Shown: positions 62,991-64,000 of the stretch, one piece after another
Layout: the number at the start of each line of letters is the position of its first letter
Position numbering within the stretch: the stretch's first letter is position 1
Assembly (NCBI RefSeq): GCF_006345805.1
Contig: NC_043009.1
Span: 54,994,001 to 55,058,000 of the forward strand
DNA: 64,000 nt
Direction: 5' to 3'
From: Octopus sinensis
Taxonomy: Eukaryota
Made by a program: the position numbers and the translations under genes
The notes under the pieces: model-generated
The model's database searches: none
The model's input: the letters and a program-made list of their open reading frames with translations, nothing else
Told to the model about the DNA's origin: nothing

Positions 62991-63802
62991 CGGTATTTGT
63001 TGGAATTTTCGTTAAGAAGTATCCATTTTTTTCTGGAAATTATGAGGCAACTAAGTCGGGGTGGGGTACACATCTGTAGTTATGTCCATGAGAGATCGGC
63101 TATATATTAATTTCCGAAAGAAGGCCTCTCATGTAGTTGTATTCAATTTGTCTGTCGAATATGTACGGAAGAAACGACGTCCAGTGCAAGACAAAATGGA
63201 TCACATGGAAACGGCATGCTACATTCACCCAATTAACAAATAAATCGTAGTTTACACGAACAACTACCGTTTTATGTCTATAGACATCGAACACCTTAGG
63301 GTAATACACACGTGTTGTGTAAGTAATACTGTATGAAGTAATAATCGAGCTTGTGATTAATTAAAACTAATTCAACTGACTCGATCCCTGTTTTATATAA
63401 TATACTTCATAAACAATAACAATTATACCGAATAATTTTGTAATGCACTTAATTTCGTCTAATGTACTATGCAATCCTGTATCGCTACTAATCTACCCAT
63501 TCATACAAGCTATGGAAACGCCATGGCGTATGAAATGAGTCAAATTTCAACCAAGCTAGTTAGAAAGATGGCTATCCAGCTTTTCGTGTCTGCAGCTGAC
63601 CACCCGCTACTGGAGAGATCTCGTGTCAAAGCAATCCAAGTGAGACAGCCATATTGGTAGTCATGTGCTAGACACGTGTCCTTATATATCTGTCCATCTA
63701 TCTCTTTGTTTATATTGAAATTAAAAAAAAATAGATATCTCCAACAATAATAGTATGGCACAAAATAATTTTGCCTGCTGGCGGGGTGACGTTTAAAATA
63801 CA

Positions 63803-63835
<33 letters not shown>

Positions 63836-64000
63836 AAAAATTTGGATTACATGTTTCAGAATAGGGAATATAATGAGGTGGCGGTGGGGGTGATCACTTT
63901 TCATTGATGACTGCCATGAGGTGGTAGAGAGATGGGGGTGGTTAAGAAAATCACGGATTAAAAAATTTGTTTCAGAAGAGGCTTCTCCTCATCACTTTGA

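Overview
This is AT-rich, repeat-dense eukaryotic DNA. The SINE families and the (GAT)n/(TA)n/(GATA)n microsatellite load match what I recognise as octopus (coleoid cephalopod) DNA; that assignment is from memory, not a search. Most of the window looks intronic: tRNA-headed SINEs, RTE-tailed non-autonomous elements, decayed RTE, CR1-type and R4/Dong-type LINE fragments, Tc1/mariner, hAT and piggyBac-like MITEs, Penelope-like ends and several long inverted repeats. The best-supported coding feature is a + strand first coding exon at 60541-60605 (MMAAGGGFTFGLSPAPAFGAT, probably an FG nucleoporin) in a CpG-retaining promoter-like zone. A minus-strand gene is suggested by an ATG-initiated exon with a consensus donor at 40296-40243 and weaker phase-compatible exons at 29327-29252 and 8751-8691; I cannot name its product. 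Nearly all ORFs in the supplied track are microsatellite or repeat artefacts. I found no CRISPR array, rRNA or intact tRNA gene, and I cannot demonstrate a new biological system. The leads most worth testing are the minus-strand gene model, a duplicated exon-like pair with synonymous-biased divergence, the fold-back/dsRNA structures, and a SINE-like family with a variable ~61-bp internal tandem array.
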